From Blasia pusilla (taxonomy: Eukaryota), in contig CM114271.1 of the NCBI GenBank assembly GCA_050084515.1, positions 32,612,001-32,676,000 of the forward strand: a DNA stretch of 64,000 bases. Reading direction: 5' to 3'. Within the stretch, counting starts at the first letter, position 1. Every line of letters starts with the position of its first letter. Shown here piece by piece: positions 38,460 through 53,024 of this stretch. Position numbers and translations under genes: made by a program. The notes under the pieces are model-generated. The model had not been told where the DNA came from, ran no database searches, and worked only from the letters and a program-made list of their open reading frames with translations.

Positions 38460-40560
38460 TGGTCTGGTCCAGCATTGCGTACCATGACTGGATGGCCTGA
38501 GCCTCCAACACCCCTTGAGTGACGTTGATCAATCGGCGCAAGCGAGTGTAAGCCTCACGCAAACTCTCACCCAGGCGCCTCTGGAAGTTGTGGATGCTCC
38601 ACAACTTTTCCGTCTGTACCCCCTGGTAGCTCGCCCTTAACTCAACGAAGAACTCAACCACTGGGTTCAACCTGAGTCGAACCCAACTAGATGATGCAAC
38701 AGCTCCATTGCGAGTGACCCCTCCTAAAATATCACTAGTGGAAGAGGAAGTAGCCTCTCTTGACTCCTCCTCCTCATCTGGGAACGGCTCCCTCCATGAC
38801 ACATAGTGTGGGTCCTAGTAGAGTCGCCATGCCTCAATCTCCTAGGCATATGTGTGGGAGAACTCATGGTAATCGTCCATGGGCGCCCCTCTAAATGCAG
38901 GAACATACTGTTCCATGCTGTAAATGAGTTGAACTCTCTAGAGTTCCTAGCCCATTGTGAGTCACACCAACTCCTAAACTCCACAATGAAGTCGTGTAGC
39001 TCTATAGTGCCTACAGCACCCAAAAATCTACACGGTCCTCTTCCCTGTCGTGCGCATACACATCGCTACACAACATACATCGCTGTCACCGAACACACAC
39101 ATAAACACGCATGATCCCATGCTAACTCATGGCATCCAAACAACGAGACAAGAAGTACCAAAATATCTCCAATAAAGTAAGCTCCAATCTCTCTCTACAC
39201 CATCTCACACCATAGCTCTCAAAGGTGTGCACTCTCTCTCATGTCAAACCAAACCCACTCTCCTAATGAGAGGCTCGGGTTACACTCACAAGGCAAGGGA
39301 CCATAGCTCCGCCGCCTCATGCCAAGAGGTTCAACAAAGAGAGAATGAGCTCTCAAGCTCTCTCTCCTTGAGGTATACCCCTCCCCTCTCCCAAGCTCTC
39401 TCCATGGTAACCTATTCTCCCAAGTCACCTCCTTGGCTCTTGACCTGATGTAGGAGGTCAAGGGCCACTTACCAAAAATAGTAAGTCGATCATATACTCA
39501 AAATGGTACTTACCGAAAATAGTAAGTTCCTCAATATGGCTCCAAGGGCCTCAGCAAGTCACCCTCGACCTAATGGGTGTGTCCTCCACTACTCATGAAG
39601 GCGATCTATTAGATCTCATCGATCTATCCTAAAAGACATGACATCCCCGTCGTCCATCTCATACGCCTGCCAAGTAGGACCACTCAATGTGTACGGTGGA
39701 TCACTAACACACTCCTCTATACGCTCCCCCTTGTCTGAAGACAACACAAAAGGAGATTGAGGTGGTCTCTCACGTGGAGACCCTCGAAATCTTGCCCCAC
39801 TCCGAGTAAACCCTCTAGAGCTACTCTTAGGTCCACTACCTCGCCTCTCAAAATCCCAAAAGGACCTCGTGATGGCCCTTGTGCCCCTCTCACACGATCA
39901 CTCTTAATCTCATGAGTAATCCCTCAATCACTCAAACTAAACATGCGGCACTCAATCTACACTCACTCATTGAGACGTGTGTTGTGCGGCAACAAGCAGC
40001 GTGGTGCGGCAAATCAACCAATCTATCGTCTCATCGATAAACCATCATCAACTTTGGACATCCCACACAGGTCTATGTCCCCTAAACCCATACATCATCG
40101 ATGCTCCTAGCATCAACACGAAATCCAATATCCCAAATAACTTCCCAATATTGGGAAATCCCTCACACGTGCAGGGTAAGAGACCAGAATGGGTAACATG
40201 ATAATAATGTTGATATCGCTCCTCGGCAACTGCAAATCTCGACCCTAATTCAGTCGTGAAGACAATTCCTTCAATCAGCAAGTCATACTCCTCTCGTACA
40301 GACGTTGCTCAAACCTCCTCGATGTGCGGTGCAGGTCCTGCGGTCCGGTCCGGCACAAGTGGCACGAAACCGCTACAAACGACATGGCACTCGGCGGCAT
40401 ACCCTCCTCAATCAGAAATTCACACGCTCTACTCCTTAGTGAAGCAGCGGCTCCACGATGGAGATGGTGCGGTGCGGCCACAAGGCGTATAGGGAGAAAA
40501 TCGGCGGCGTGTTGCAACTACCAACGTCACGGCATGGTACTCGATCGTCGTCGAGAGGCT
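38460..40560 (-). mobile_element. Ty3/gypsy fragment E (leader and gag, homologous to element C), interrupted by a solo LTR
   Basis: GTIELHDFIVEFRSWCDSQ and LREAYTRLRRLINVTQGV; the leader matches ~9520-10190 in reverse complement. Boundaries approximate. Confidence 0.85.
39046..39643 (-). mobile_element. Solo LTR, family 1
   Basis: Reverse complement of the A/C LTR (tgtcatg...gcacgaca); 4-bp TSD tccc at 39042-39045 and 39644-39647; removing it restores gag sequence like 10395-10440. Confidence 0.92.
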
Positions 40561-43500
40561 ACCAATCACAACATAGCAGCATGAAATGAAAAGTCAAACA
40601 TCATAATCCGCTGTTACCTGCCATTACTCGGTGATGACGAAACTGCGATGATGATGGTGGCCAAACCAAGGTACGTGGTGGCGGTGCAAGTCAGAGAATC
40701 AACGGTGGTCGTGGAAGACCCTCCACCGTAATGGCGGCAATGGCAACCAAAAGGGGAAAACGCCAAATGCGGCTCGAGCAAAGACTAGGCAACGGCAACG
40801 CCGACGGTGGGACGGTGGGCGATGGGATGGACCGTTGACGGTGCGGATCGCGGACGATTGACCGTTGATGATGACGGTGACGATTGATCGTTGACTGTTG
40901 ATCGATGATGATGATTGTTGATCCCGTTGATAGTGACTATGATGGCGGCGGCTGGTTTGGGGTTTGAACAATTTAACCCTAAAAATCACCTAACAATTGG
41001 CAGTTTTCCAAGATTGACCATGTGTGCAGATCACGGGGATCTGCACACATGGGAAGTGTGCAGATCCCCGTGACGCATCATAGGGTTAGATAATCCTAGT
41101 AACGCTACTCCATAAACCACCTTTGTCATATTACTATGACTCCTTCGACGTATAAGTTGGAACCATCAATCTAGGTTTCTCCTCATACAAGGGGGCCGAT
41201 CATATTAATGGTGTTGGGAGAAGTGGATCTTGAGAATCCAACACCCTCCCTCAATATCCACTTTCATGTGGACCGTTGTCTTGGACCGATGCCAAGACCC
41301 TTCAGATGCCGTTGAAGCTGATCTCCGCTCATGGCTTTGGTGAAGATGTCTATACGGTTATCCTCTCTTGGACAATAGACTAACTTCAAAACCTCTCTCG
41401 ATCAACTCATGAACAAAATGATACTAGATCTCTACATGCTTCATACGAGCATGAAACAGATGATTATGTGCTATGGCAATGCAACTCTAATTTTCACACC
41501 ACACTACAATAGCACTTTCTGGGGCTTCTCCTATGTTCTCCAATATCCATCTCAACCATACTTCTTCACAAGAAGCATAACAAGCCGCCTTGTACTCTAC
41601 TTTGGTAGAAGAAAGAGCCACTGTAGGTTGCTTCTTGCTGACTCATGACACCACACCTGATCCTACCAAGAAATAATAACCCGAAAGTGATCTCCAAGAC
41701 TCTGAGTCTCTTGCCCAATCCGAGTCACAAAAGGCTTTCATTTCCATCCCTGCTCATAGGTGATGCCGTACTCGATAGTGCCTTTGAAGTACTTTAACAC
41801 ACGCATCCGTGCCTTCCAATGATTCTTACGAGGCTTAGTTAAGAACCTACTAAACTCTCCCACAACGAAGCTAATGTCTGGTATTGTGTTGCACAAAAAT
41901 ATCAAACTACCCACAAGCTTTCTGTACAACTTTTCATCTAGCAATGGTGAAATATCATCCTTTGAGAGTTTCAACTCTACCTTCATTGGCGAGACCATTG
42001 CCTTACACTCGGTCATCCCGAATGCCTTCAAGATTTCTCTAACATACTTTTGCTGAGAGAGAAAAATAGAATCTGATTGTTGCCAAATTTCCGGCCCTAT
42101 AAAGTAGTGCAAAAGACCTAAATATGACATTTCAAACTCAGATTTCAACACTTCCTTCATTTCCTCTACGTTCTTATTGTGGTCTTCTGTGATGATTAGA
42201 TCATCCATATACAATACTATCAACATATAGATCCCATCTTTGCAAAATACATAAAAAATTTGCTTCTGAAGGACTCTTTATAAGACCCCTCTTTCAGAAA
42301 AATGTATCTATTCGTTGATACCATACACTTGGGGCTTGCTTCAACCCATACAATGCTCAATGAAGCAAATACACTTTCTCTTGTGATCCGGTTGTCTCAA
42401 AACCTAGTGGTTGAGATATATACATCTCCACCTTGAGACTCCCATTCAGAATTGCACATTTCAGATCGTTTTGGTATACTGGCCAACGTCTTGTTCTTGC
42501 CACCGCTAGAATAATTTGAATGGTTGTCATCCTTGTAGTAGATGAAAACGTCTCACAGTAATCAAAACCTTCGATCTGTGAACATCCTTGTGCAACCAAC
42601 TTCGCTTTGAGTTTATCCAATGTACCCTCCTACTTGTACTTGGTCTTGTACACCCACTTGGTGCGTATTATCTTGGTGTCCTTTGGCTTCTCAACCAAAG
42701 TCCAAGTTTCATTTATTTGAATAGCGTCCATCAAAATCTTCATGGCCTCTCTCCATTGAGGATGAGCAAGGGCCACATGCAAGCATGATGGCTCTTCCAC
42801 CTTCAAGACCTTTGTCATCAAGGTCATGTTGACAAGATGTATGGAAGCTCTATTATGCTCCTCTAGTCTCTTGGATCTCCTTAGATGTGTAACAACTTCG
42901 TCGGTTGCTATTGGATCCTTAGCATCCAAGAGCTACTTTACCTACTTAGGGTATGACGACCATAGTGGAAGAGCATACTGCTTTTTGTAATCATCATCTC
43001 ATTCTTCTTCTTGATGATTGGGTGTAAGCATTGATGGTGTGCTCTGGTGGGTTATCTCTTCGTTTGATGATAATGTGGACGGACCACTAATATCCCTCAC
43101 TTGACGAGTTTGTTCTTGGAATACCACATCACAACTCACAAGCATCTTCTTTGCCTCATGACACTATAGGCAATAAACTTTAGACTCATCACTGTATCCC
43201 ATTAAGATGGACTTCCTGCTCTTGGACTCTAGCTTGGTCCTTGATGCCTCAGGAATATGTACAAATCACTCACTACCAAAAGTCATGAAGTGTTGGACTT
43301 ATGGTATCTTACCTGAGTATGCTTGATGAGGAGTCATGCCTTGCACTGACTTGGTAACACTTCTATTTAGAATGTAAACGACAATATTAACAGCTTTAGC
43401 CTAAAATCCTTTTATCAAACCTTTTGCTTTCATCATACATATTGCCATCTCCACCATTTTTTGGTTTCGATGCTCAACAACTCCATTTTGTTGTGGTGTA

Positions 43501-45281
43501 TGTGGCGTGGTTAACTATCGCTTAATTCCATGCTCCCCAAAAGATTTGTTGAATTCTGTTGATAAGAATTCTCCTCCTCGATTGGTATGAAGTTTCTCTA
43601 CCTTCTTTCCTGTCTCATTCTCAACCAGCTTGTGCCATACTTTAAAATTTTCCAAAAGCACTTGCCTTATCATGAAGGAAATACATCCACATCTTCCAAC
43701 TAAAAAGAAGTAGGAAGAACCATCTAATGCCATTGTTATCATTTTACCACATAGGTCAACATGTATCAGTTCTAGAGGAGCCTTTGCTCTATTGTTGGAC
43801 TTTGTGGAAATGGTTTTTGGTGTTGCTTTCCCATCATACAACCTTCATATGTATCTGACACTCAAAAAATTGTTGATAAATCAACAACAATGCCAGATTT
43901 CTGCATCTGACTCAATAAGGGAAAGCTTAGGTGACCAAATATTTCATGCCACAACTTACTGCTTCCAAGATCTGTACCTACAATTTTCATGAAAGCATAC
44001 AACCACTACTTTCCCATTGGCATCCTCAATGACTGCTTCAGATTTCTTGAAACGAACTTCTTAGTCGCAATCACATAATACTGCTACTGAAAGCAAATTG
44101 CGCTTGAACTCTGGTACATAAAGTACATTAGTTAACTTATTTTCATCTCCTTTTTGTGAGACTAAAGAAATTGTGCCTTTCCCTTCTACATGGCACTTTG
44201 CATTATTCCCAACAGTAAGAACGATAGGCTCTTGCAGAGGCTGTAAAGAGCTATACCAATCCTTATGATTGGTCATATGCCTAGATGGTCCACTATCAAG
44301 CATCCATGCATTTTATTTCTTTGACTTAGTGGAATGTTTAGCCTGTATGCAAAACTCTTCGATTGCTATCCAAACAGTTACCTCATGTTCTCCTAGTTCT
44401 ACAGAATTTCTAGACTCCTTCTTAGGTCTTAAACAACCATTCTTCTCATCATGACTCCTCTTTCTACAATCTTTGATAAGATGACCTAGCTTACCACAAT
44501 AAAATCATTTGAAGAGTTTCCTTGGAAATTTCCTCTTGACATTTGAACCGTAATCCTAATTTCTACCTCTCTGTACGTTGGAAATAAAGGCTACATCACT
44601 TCCCTCTCTTGTCAACATTGCACTAAATTGTTCAAAAGTAAGCGGCGTGGGTCTTACTTGAGTATTTAATGCATTGACCAAACTGTCATACCTCGAAGGC
44701 AAAATCCTTATGCATCGACGTGCCAAATCTTTGCTAGACTTTGAAATTCCTACGGATGCCATATGATCTTGAAGATTCTTGATCCTCGTAAAAAATTGCT
44801 CCACGCTTTCTCCTTCTAAACATTTCTCGGACGTTAGCTGATTCTCTAGATTATGAATGTGAGTCTCATTCGTGGTTTCATACTGATTCTTCAAAATGTT
44901 CTACGTCTAAGCAGCAGTAGTCGTATGTTGAATGAGAGTCATGAGAGAATTAGTTACATTCGTGACAATAGCATATACAACATCAGCGATTCTGGGTTTC
45001 CACGCTAGCAATACAACAAGATCGATATCACCAGATGAAGATGAACATGCAGAACTCAAAGTAGCTTGTGGATTCGAATCGAGCCTTGTGGCCGTCTCCC
45101 AGATCTCAAATGATTCGAGGACGATTATTATTTTGAACTTCCATAATGTATAGTTAGACCCATCTAACTTCCCTTCATCTAGCGGAGGAGGACGAGCACG
45201 AACTGACGAAGAAGTAGCCATCTCTCAAGAATTTGTGCAAACACACTAGATCGCCATATACAAAATACTAGAAAACCTATA

Positions 45282-45293
45282 GCTCTGATACCA
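45282..45293 (-). other. Primer-binding site (tRNA-iMet type) of copia F
   Basis: + strand gctctgatacca reads TGGTATCAGAGC on the minus strand, directly next to the LTR. Confidence 0.9.
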
Positions 45294-45729
45294 TGTGAGA
45301 AAACAGAATGTGACGAAATCATTGAACTGTATTAGAAATCTTGGAGATACAAAGTGGGCTAGTCCGTCCGTGCGTTCACAGAAGAGCTTCGATGGAACTT
45401 GAACATGGAGATAACTCCACATAAGAGAATGCGCTACCGCTGCGGCTCTTGGCTATTTCACTAATCGGGAATCTAGGGTTTTTAACCTATTTTTCTTTGT
45501 TTCTATTTATAGAAATTTTTGCAGATCCCCGCGTTGTATAAGGATGTCTCGCACCCTGATGCAATATAGGGTAAGATAATCGTAATAACGCTACTCTGTA
45601 AACCACCTACGTCATATTACTATGACTCCTCCGACGTCTAAGTCGGAACCATCAATCTAGACTTCTCTTCATACAAGGGGACAGATGAGATTAATGGCGC
45701 TGAGAGAAGTGGATGTTGAAAATCCAACA
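45294..45729 (-). repeat. 5' LTR of copia F
   Basis: TG...CA termini; homologous to 41072-41243 and to the reverse complement of 29328-29675. Confidence 0.85.
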
Positions 45730-48700
45730 AGAAGTTCGAAAATAATCGAACTCGTAAATGTAATAATATATAATATTGACTATGTGATATGATTGTGCTA
45801 AAAAATTTAGATATGAATGTCTTGAAAATTTTCAAAGAATAACGCAAAAAAGGTTGAAGCTTGTAAAAATAGTGATGATATTCATAATTGAGTTATAATA
45901 TTTGATAACTCTTAGAAAATATCCTTAACTTGAAAATCCAGAATGGAAGAGAGTTAAGAAATTAGAAGACTACTAGTTTCGAAAGAGTGATATCGATAAC
46001 TCTAAATTAACACCTTTTCTTAATAGTATGGATTATTACCACATGGGATTGTAAACTCTTTTGGAGGAATGTCGATTGGGTAGAGGAGTGTTAATACGAG
46101 AATATATAACGAATAATAGTAACAATGGAGCAATTAAAAAATCTTCAAGGAGAGAACCATCTTGGGAGACTACATGAGGACTAGAGGAATATCCTCAAGG
46201 TGGATCCAACAAAGAATCCCTCTACGAACAAAATTCTGAAACCATGAAAGTGGCATGACATACCGCGAATAAAACAGAAATGCTCACCCAGTCTTGTTCC
46301 AAAAGAACATCTTTTAACGCCTCAATAATCCATTCTTCGACACGTGATAAAACAAGTCTTACACGCCACTATGAAAAAGTGATCGCACTTGGTCTACATA
46401 CGAGTCCGCTCAAATTCTGGTTGTGGATCTTTGTGCTCCCCTTTTGATCCCGAGTTTACCATCTTCCCCACTCACAAAAATGCAGTACAATAATCGTCCC
46501 TTCCCTAATAGAATATTTCCCATTTCACAAGGAAGCGCATTTTTTTAAAACGAATGGTTGTGGATTGGAATTGGAACCCCACATGCGTGAAAAGAGTTTC
46601 CCACTCTAGATACATCGATTTGATTCTATCTGGACCACGACTCCGAGAAGGAATCTTAATCCAAAACGCAAACGGAAATAGGAATATGTAGAAATGAGAA
46701 GCTGGAAAACATTTTGTACTTTCGTCACATTAATCGACGAGAAAAGGCGGAAAGAAAAGGAGAAGGCCGTAGCGCTGAGCGCAAGCGCCGGGAGATGCGA
46801 CAAACATCGCCCGTAAATAGGCTTTCTTAGCTGGCCAGTTCAGGCGCTTGTCTGCAGCAGCAGTTGTAGATCCCGGCGCTGCAAGCGGACAAATGTCCTT
46901 TATGGCGGTGGCTTCTGCGACTCGTGGAGATGGTTTCGTCTCTCCATCGCAGATAGATAGATAGCAGCGATAGGGTTCTCAGATGGGAAGCGCTGCCTCG
47001 AAGCTTTTGGACCCTGAATGCACCGAACGTGTGTGGAGCGGATTAGGCACGCCGTAGGCTCCGTGCACGAGATGACACAGAGAGAGAGAGAGAGAAATCA
47101 GGAACGGATGTCATTTCACGTGTACGTTTCATCTCGCGGAATCATCTCCATTTGGTTCGAATTTGGAGAGAGTTCATCCTTCTAGATCCCCAGTAATAGC
47201 CCCGGCCGCAAAATAGAGAATAGGGAAAGCCTACACGCTCGAAGTGTATATCATATGATGATACTAGGAAATGCGAAGGAGGAGGTATGATGGGATGGAA
47301 GAGCCAAGAAAAGGAGCCTGGCATGGAGAATCCGACACGTTTGGACTATACGGTTACATGGCAGTGACAGGAATCGAAATGTTGGCCAAATCGGGTTTCA
47401 GAGGAGACCTAAGCCTACGAAAGTGCTGAAAGTCATGGCAGTTCAGACCGTCTAGCGATCCATTTGCACCATCTCTTCTTCGAATCGGCTTGTTGTCTCC
47501 GTGAGCTCGGAGTTCCGACGCGCCTGCGAAAGCAACTAAACGAAGACAGTGATCGGATGGGGCTCGTTACACTCCAACATTCCCATGGACAATAATTTTG
47601 CATGAACATAATGGAACCGCATGAACATGAATCTCGTCTACCAGCGACCCTGAACTCTAGATCGACGGATAGGCCCGTCCGTAGGGTGCTAGCGTCCAAC
47701 GGTCCAAGATGAGATCATGAGAGAGAGAGAGGCAGAAGGTCCAAACACATGGAGATCCCCACTTGCAGCCTTCCCACGGACCCACATTCTCACCCGAACG
47801 GGCACTCTCACGGCAGTTGTGGTTCGGATTAACTCACATCGTCCAGGAAACTTTTATGTGTAAGTTGACATTTGTGCTTTAAACTCGGAGCTTCCTACTA
47901 ATTAAGAAACAATCTGCTTGACGACGGATCCACAGCCTTGAATAACGATCATAAAGAAGCCTCTCCGTACCGAGTTAGCAAACCTCAGGACCATGCCATT
48001 ACTCCTCATATCCGAACTTCATAACCGAATCACCGAATAGGAAGAATGGTTGCAACAATCACCGCAATGACCGCACCGAAGGGTTGGGAGGCCGGAGTCC
48101 GGGTTCTACTCGCCTCGGCTCCACACGGCAGGGCGGGGCTGGTTCATTCAACTTGGTTCGGCTCCGCTCGGCTCGGCTCGGCTCGGCTCGGCTCGGCAGC
48201 GCAGGGCAGGGCGGGTCAGGGCAGCCATGGCCGTCACCCGCTTTAGCCAGCCCCGGCATAGCTCTCTCTTTGCTAGTAGGGCATGTAAAAGGTGGTTGCG
48301 CATGCTCGAACGCCGGCCAAAGGCGACCGATCGTAAAAAGGGTTTCAACTGCTACAAAGAGAAGTCGATCATGAGGGTGAGTTGGCCGGGGGATCCATAT
48401 GCATAACGTGACATAGCTCAGGTCGGGGGGCCACGGGATGGGCGTACACAGAGGAGTCTACAACCAGCGACAGCAGGTGGCTATGGAATGGAGAAGGGGA
48501 TCGTGAAATAAGGAAACCAACTGAATTTCAAATCTCGCAGGCCATCTTCCTACTGGAGACAGAGACATCAACTACCTTCGCTGCTAATTTTGATAGGTCA
48601 AAGTAGTGAACTACCATTAGGCCTGGGCAGGGTGGACGACATTGCTCGCAACGCCTATAATGACATGTATGGTATCTTTTTACACGAGTGCAACAGTATA

Positions 48701-51700
48701 CTAAAGCTGGCGAGGGTAGTAGCTTCCCAGGGTTGTATAGTTGCTTCGCATCCCGCCTCCTGGTAATTGGGCGGGGCTGTAGTCTAATCTGATCTGTTTA
48801 GCTCACATGAGGTCAAAGTTGGAAGTCTGCTCCTGCTCAATTTCATCCTGCCTACGACTGCATTTTTATTAGGGACAGATTTCCCATAATTGGTTCTCCT
48901 CTGATGGGGAACATGATGCTACTGGCACTACATGCAGCAATTCGTTGACAGCTGCTGCAACCAGATTGCGAATACAACGAAGGACCCGTTTCAAATTTTG
49001 TACATAATGCGCCAACTGCATGTCACCTTTCCCCTATAGGACCTTGTTACGCGCCTTCTTCGCATCGCGTTTGGATGATGCTATCTATCTATCTATCGCT
49101 ACCTGGAGCGCTTAACATGGTGTTAGGCTAGGCCGGGGCCCCGGCTGTGGCAAGGCTGGACTCCGAGAGAGAGAGAGAGAGAGAGGAAGGGAGGAAGGGA
49201 GGGTACTTAGCGAGAATGTACGCTACGGTAGCGATCGCGGTCGAGTAATCTATACGACTTGTACAGTTTTGAAGTAGAAGTATGAGCTTGGTGAGAATGG
49301 CATGTCTTCCCACTTCGTATACGATTCTCACGCCCACTTGTGGTGGCTGTGCGGTGTGGACCAGAAGATTGGTCGGTGTGGGTGCTTTTTGGTTATAATC
49401 TCATACAAGAGACAAAGCGAGAGGTGCGAAAGGGAAAAGATGGCGGATGGATTCCATTGGGTCCTGTGAAGATTGTGGGTCACAATAGAGACAGACACAA
49501 ACAAGAGTAGGCAGGCCGAAGAAAGGAACGGGCGCTCGGCTATGTTGTCCTCACATTGGCCGGAGTGGAGGAGCAGCGACGGTCTAGGCCGGGATTGGAT
49601 TGGATTGGTCGTTCGGTTCTAGAGGCGGCAGAGGCGGAGGGGTTGGGATGAGGCAAGATACAAGTTCCGGAGGAAAATGCAGGGCCAATGACCATGGGCG
49701 ATTGCCTGTTCGCTCCCATCGCGTTTGACCGGGTGTAGGATAGGTTCCCATGATGACCACGAATCGAGTGTGGGCTACGCCTGAAATTTGAAACACATAT
49801 TCCACAAATAGCGCGGAAAAGTTTACGAAATCCGATCACGACCCAACCCAATCGTTCGGGTCAGGTTCCGTGTTACTTGGTTAAGTAATTGATCCGCTGT
49901 TGGAAGATCTCGTCGCCTCTCTCTCTCTCTCTCTCTCTTGATGTCACCATCTAATGAGAGCCGGATTTAAACCGTTACGAGTACCGCACGCTGGGAGTTG
50001 TCGATTTTACCCGGTAATCGTTGCAGTCGCGATGGGTCTGCCACCTAGAGGCTCGAGATCCTCCTCTTGACTCGCAGTCGATCGATGGGCCTACTGACAG
50101 TACCGTAGCGATCCTAGCTACGCGATGGCTACTCGTTCTTCGTCATAGAGGCAGCATCATATAGCTCTTGCAAAGGTGCAAGCGATTGAGTCCAAGGTGA
50201 CGCCGCCCCGCTGCAGATTTCGATCCTGTCCCGTTCGAGTCCAGTCCAGTGCAAGGGTCAGGGGATCGCGAGCTTTCTCTCTTTCTCTTGCGAGCAGGCA
50301 GGCAGAAGGTTGCAGCCGCTGCGCATGGCCCGGCCCCGGCCCATACAAAGGACAGACACAAAGCAAAGAACACAGGAAGACTCAGAAGGCAGAACGGAAT
50401 GCCGCTCTGACGGTACGCCTGGCGTGAGAGCAGCTGTGAAAAGCAGAGCTGTGCGGGTCCGGTCGGGCATGAGCATCGGAGAGAGGAAGTTCCGAGGACG
50501 GTCACGGGGTCATCTCTCTAAATAAACCATGGCGAGAGAGATATGGCGGGACAAAGTTACAAAGTGCCGACAAACGGGATATGCTTACTTAGCGGGGTAG
50601 AGTTGGACAGCACTGAGAAGCGGGCAGCACGGGTCCGGGCAGCTGGGGTGCGTACGATTTCCAATGATGAAGAGACGGGGGAAAACCGGGCGGGCAGCGC
50701 CGGACAGGGAAGGGGCGGCCTGGCCCATCCGTAGCCGTAGCCTAGTAAAGCACGGACAGAGAATGGGCCCACAATGATGATGTGGACACCTTCTCCGCTA
50801 CGTGCGCTGCCCCACCTACTTCCATGTCTAGGTGAGCATCAGCGGAGCTTCATCCGGAGCTGAGCCGAGCCTGAAGCGTCTGAGTTTGCAGCGTCTCTCT
50901 TCTGGGATACCTTTTTCTGGTCGGACGGTCCGACGGTGCCGAGCCGTTCTCAGCTAGGCTAGTCTGCTGTGGTTATGCATGGGCATGGGCATGGGTCAGA
51001 GGAGTGCCATGCATGCACGCCATTCACTACCTACGTGGCCGGGAGTTAAGGGTCGGCAAATTTCGGGATCAACCGCTACGGGGCTCCGTGCGGGCCCACC
51101 GTTTCCTCCTTAGAGCTCGTCCAAAGCCCGGCCCGATTGTTCGTACTTCCTCTGCTTCGTTTCAAGTCTTTATATTCCTACGATTGCGCTTCCCGACAAG
51201 GCACGTCGCAGCGTAGTGCTTGAGAATTTGGGTGCCTCCAGGAGAGCAAGCTTCCAGAGGAGAGCAGAGCAGAGGCCTGACTCGCGCCTGCGATGCTACA
51301 ACTATCCTCACACAGTAGAGTCCAGTATGACAAACACTGCTACCGGGTAGGGACTACAGTACCTACAGTACTCTCGGGGACGTCTCCCTGGTGCCTCCTT
51401 CGGGACGGTTGGGCTCTGCATGCATGCAGTCGGAACTTGGCACAGCCACTAACCCTGTCCTGCTGCGCTCTCTTCTGCTTGCGAGAGACTCAATGACCGT
51501 GATGAGTGGGTACACAGTGGTAGTGCTTGCTGTTCCAGGGAAGAAGAAGAAAAAAAGGAGCCAAGACCATGCTTGGAGTGGGCGATAACGGATAGGGAAG
51601 TCCCTTCTGTTTGTGAAGACGGTGCGTCCGTCCGTCCGTCCGTCCATTACCGTCGTCACTCCTTGTTGACTTGCTCCCTGTCCACTGCGGCGTAGGACTT

Positions 51701-52997
51701 ATCGCTTCTGTGTCTGTACCCAATGCTGGCGACGGAAGGAGGAGCGCCGCCGCAGAATGAGGCAGTGGGGGGTCCCGCCGTCGCGCACTCCACCATGCTC
51801 TGCTGGCAGGCAGGCAGGCAGGCAGGAAGATCGGGGATGGATCCGCCGTGACAAATATCGGAGGGCCTCGGGGTGGGAAAAGGAAAGGGCCCTCCGTTCC
51901 CCCCGCCTCATGGAGACCGGCGGCGGCTCGAGCCTAGAAAGTATCAAATGGGCAGAAGGCAGGGCCAGGGAATTATGAGGGGGTCTATACTACAAGCGGA
52001 CTAATAATAGTGGACCAAAAAACCTCTCTATACGACGCTTTGCCTTTGGGACTGCAAAAATAAAGAGGGCGCGCGCGGGACGGAGGCCAGCCGGCGGCGG
52101 AAAACCGTTTGAATAATTGCAGTGGATGTCATAAGTAGTAATATTTTGCCCAAGGATCCCAACAGTGCCCTGGTCGGATGGCGCTGCGCCGTTTCGCGCG
52201 CGTGTTTGCCGGAATTCGCACAAATACGCTTATAGGGTAGAAGCCATCCCTCGAATTGGCGATGCCTCCAGTTCCGCCCACTAACTGACTGCTCCGGACA
52301 CCGTGGGAGAGCTAACGTAATTTTAGTACGCATATGATGGGATGGCTACGGGTACCACTGTACGCTACACTAGTACCTAGCAACTAACGTAGGAGTAGGG
52401 CGTGTGGATAATTGCTTTGCCTCCCGTAAAGGCGTAGTTAGCCCTTCGCCTTCACACGCGTGGGATGGAGGTCCGTCATCCCTGACGCCAGCAGAGGTTT
52501 TGCGGGGGAGGGGCACTACGTTATCTTTACCCTCGCGCTCTCCCGTTCGGTTCAGCTTTGCCTTGGATTCAGGTCAGGGCGGGGCTCTGAACCCAGGCTG
52601 GCTGCTGGAGCTGCTGGAGTTCTTCGGCCGGGTGGGCCTCCCGCAATGAATGGAAGGGTGTGCTTCTGCGCAGCCGAGCCCAGACCAAGTCAAAGGTCGG
52701 CATCCCTTTCTTCTTCTGGCCGATCCTGATCAGCCTCGGGTCGGGTGCTACTGTAGTAGATGGGATGGGATCTCCTTATGGCATAATCGTATACTAGTCA
52801 TTGCCTGCAAACGGAGATTTCCGGTTGTGCGGTGAAGCAAGCTTGTCTGGGACATCTACCCCCTTGCGAATCGTCCGCCCCGTTCTCGCTCTCTTCGCTA
52901 CCTGTGCCTCCGAGCGCTTTCCCCGAGCACATCCTCTCATCCTTTGGAGCCTCTCGTTGCCCAGCTCTCGTAAGCCTGTCGGTGCACCCGAGACCCC

Positions 52998-53024
52998 GAG
53001 AGAGAGAGAGAGAGAGAGAGAGAG
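52998..53024. promoter_or_regulatory. (GA)n tract upstream of the SHI gene; possible GAGA/BPC-type element
   Basis: GA run ~0.5 kb upstream of the long ORF. Function is inferred only. Confidence 0.35.

Larger units (their letters stand above)
41060..45729 (-). mobile_element. Ty1/copia element F, degenerate, near full length
   Basis: 5' LTR 45294-45729; PBS tggtatcagagc; gag (KLDGSNYTLWKF), protease (MLDSGPSRHMT), integrase (LIHVDLCG, HTNRGGEF), RT (KAKLVAQG, YMDDLII), RNase H; reverse-complement PPT ccctccctca at 41244; partial 3' LTR ~41060-41243. Confidence 0.92.

Noticed and set aside
51745-52100. GCC-box-like GCCGCC/GGCGGC motifs upstream of SHI
   Set aside because: Short motifs are common in GC-rich DNA; not supportable without conservation data.
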